Below are positions 61,775 to 64,000 of a DNA stretch of 64,000 bases, piece by piece. The stretch is from Antedon mediterranea (Eukaryota > Animalia > Echinodermata): contig NC_092680.1 in the NCBI RefSeq assembly GCF_964355755.1, positions 6,262,001 through 6,326,000 of the forward strand. The letters are read 5' to 3'. Within the stretch, counting starts at the first letter, position 1, and every line of letters begins with the position of its first letter. The position numbers and the translations under genes were made by a program. The notes under the pieces are model-generated. The model saw nothing but the letters and a program-made list of their open reading frames with translations. It ran no database searches and was not told where the DNA came from.

Positions 61775-62210
61775 GGTTGTGAAAAATTATTATTATTATA
61801 CAGTATACGTTTATTTAAATTTTTTATTTATATAACATTAAGAAAAAAAGAGCTACGTTATTTTTTTTATAATACCCCTTTTAGCTTATAAATTTGTTGC
61901 ATCCATATTGAATTGGAAGTTGAAGAACACAAAAAATAAAACTGCGAAATATGGCCATGAAGTCAATATTGTACACACTACAGCTTAGCTTCAGTCACCA
62001 GAGTATTGCGTTGCACAATATAATATATAAAAAAAAACCTTGAATAAGTAAGGACTTTTCATGAAAATGTATCCGAATAAAGCATGGCATGTCATATATT
62101 GTAATTAACCAATCAAATGACAAGGATACATTCTATCATACTATTATTAAATAATTCATGGTAAAATGAGTGTCCAAATTTCTTTTTTTTTTATTTATGT
62201 TTTTCTTTAG

Positions 62211-62295
62211 ATTGTACATGAAAGTGTACACAACCAAGTACTTGAAAGACTAAAGAAGGCCTACCAACAAGTCCGTATTGGAAATCCTCTTGAGG
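62211..62295 (+). CDS. ALDH7A1: ALDH7A1 exon 11
   Basis: IVHESVHNQVLERLKKAYQQVRIGNPLE, 85 nt. Confidence 0.95.
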
Positions 62296-63009
62296 GTAAG
62301 TTCCAGTTTTTCCCCACACTCCGTTCATAGTAAACTTTAATCTATCTTTTCATCTGTACATTATGTTACATGAATTAAAAATGAATGGGTAATATTCAGG
62401 GGTATATTGAATGAACACAGTGGCTAGTACCTATGGGGTACAAAAGTGCTCAAAGGGAAGTGGCCAACCCCTAGTTTTTGTAAAATAATTTTTTCTTTAA
62501 AATGTGCTTTTTTTTAAATAGTTAAAACGTATTTATAATATATATTATACAATTAATTTATTTCTAGTATGTCACATTATGCTGTAGAGTTTCTCTATGC
62601 AGGCTTGTGTTAAATCTATGTAAATCTACTTTAAACCAAAGTAGTTTTTTTTAACAGATTTATGTCATTTGATGCCTAAACATAAATAAAAATAGTTTCA
62701 GCATACACTAAAGCTCTTCTCTATGTTGGTTCATGAATGACAATCGCTAAACCAGATATAAACTATCTAATAATCTAGGTCACTGTATTAAGTCAAAGTA
62801 CTCTGTTGAAGAATTTATCTTTCAATATAATCTATATAAATTTATATATATATATATATATATTTTTTTTTTATTGTAATGTAGGATACTATATATAATG
62901 TTTACTGATTTAAGTTACAGTTTTTAGTAGGAGATTTCTGTCTTGTTTAATCTTGTCAAGATTTAAACTGGAATAACAGAATTCAAATCTTATCAGTGCA
63001 AGTTCATAC

Positions 63010-63100
63010 ATACATTTATTTATAATTTATTCAACTTTGTTTTACAAGGGTAACTAACAGCTGTACTACAGCAGTACAGCTGACTTGATGAGGCCCGCTT
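63010..63100 (-). mobile_element. L2-type LINE/SINE 3' tail fragment; similar + strand tail at ~57160-57220
   Basis: Minus strand GGGCCTC...CAGCTGTACT-loop-AGTACAGCTG...TTACCC...AATAAA; perfect 10-bp stem at 63058-63082. Confidence 0.4.
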
Positions 63101-63472
63101 AAAAAACAAAAACAAAAATATACAGACGACATTCTAACATAAAGATACAAGAAGATTCATAAAATTAAATTTCTCAAACAGATTAAAAAATAAATAAAAT
63201 TTATACATGTACAATAAATTTAAAACAAATTTTGTATAAAAGGACATTTAAGTTTACATGTCAAGTTTGAGGTTGCTTAAGAAAAATAAAATAAGTCTAT
63301 GCAATCTTTGGCAAATAATTGCTCTGAGTGGAGAAGTCCTGTTAAGTTTGCTCTGTCTTGCAAGACGTTCAGCATTCGTGATGATGTTTCCCACTTGTTT
63401 TAGTTGCATGGTGTGAGTGCTTGAGGTTTAATATTGAATAGGTATATCAATTTATTATTCTTGTATTATTAG

Positions 63473-63579
63473 CGGACACATTATATGGACCGATGCATTC
63501 TCAGATGGGGATTGATTTGTATGATAAGGCAGTGGCAGATGCACAAGCTCAAGGTGCTAAGTTAGAATATGGAGGAAAA
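63473..63579 (+). CDS. ALDH7A1: ALDH7A1 exon 12 (gene continues beyond the window)
   Basis: DTLYGPMHSQMGIDLYDKAVADAQAQGAKLEYGGK|GTAGGT, 107 nt. Confidence 0.93.
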
Positions 63580-63620
63580 GTAGGTCTAAGACTCATTATT
63601 AATGAGTCATTATTATTTAA

Positions 63621-63793
63621 AGATGTATTGTCCCCAAAAAACATTTTGTAGAAAAAAAAATTGTTTTTACTTATAAAATGACAAAATAAATCCAGGTAAA
63701 TACATTTTTTTCGATCCAATTTTTTTCCAACTATTATATGACATATTCAAAAAAAAATGTTAACTATTATTTTTTCAGGGGGACAATACATCT
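63621..63793. mobile_element. Kolobok-like MITE
   Basis: TTAA|AGATGTATTGTCCCC ... GGGGACAATACATCT|TTAA; perfect 15-bp TIR. Confidence 0.85.
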
Positions 63794-64000
63794 TTAACAA
63801 TGTAATTGTTTGAAATTACAGTTGAAAGTATCCACTTTTATTAGAGGTTTATTACTAAATCAACTATATTACTATTGCAATATTGCTAAGGATATAAAAT
63901 ATACCGTTCTTATGAAAAAAAATCTCATTTGAAGCTTAGGGAATGAAGTAGTTTAGTTGTGAAAACTGTGGTTGATTGAATTGAAATATATATTTATACT

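Overview
AT-rich eukaryotic (invertebrate animal, probably marine deuterostome/echinoderm-like; this is inference) genomic window, not prokaryotic. The right quarter holds the first 12 coding exons of an ALDH7A1/antiquitin gene (+ strand, 48145 to beyond the window end). The rest is transposon-rich. It contains an intact single-ORF CR1/L2-group LINE whose APE-RT ORF carries a 2A-like (DVESNPGP) StopGo motif, three copies of one non-autonomous Helitron plus a second Helitron family, and at least 8 Helentron/DINE-1-like short elements. It also has Harbinger, MULE, EnSpm, hAT5-like, Kolobok-like and ISL2EU-like non-autonomous elements, a truncated L1/Tx1 LINE, tRNA-derived SINEs, Penelope-type hammerhead-ribozyme repeats, a 28-bp minisatellite and a heavily decayed minus-strand LRR-TM-(TIR) Toll-like receptor pseudogene. 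Comparing repeat copies shows that the abundant TAGGCCTA and TACCGTA motifs arise as micro-insertions at TA dinucleotides. All calls were made by eye without database searches.
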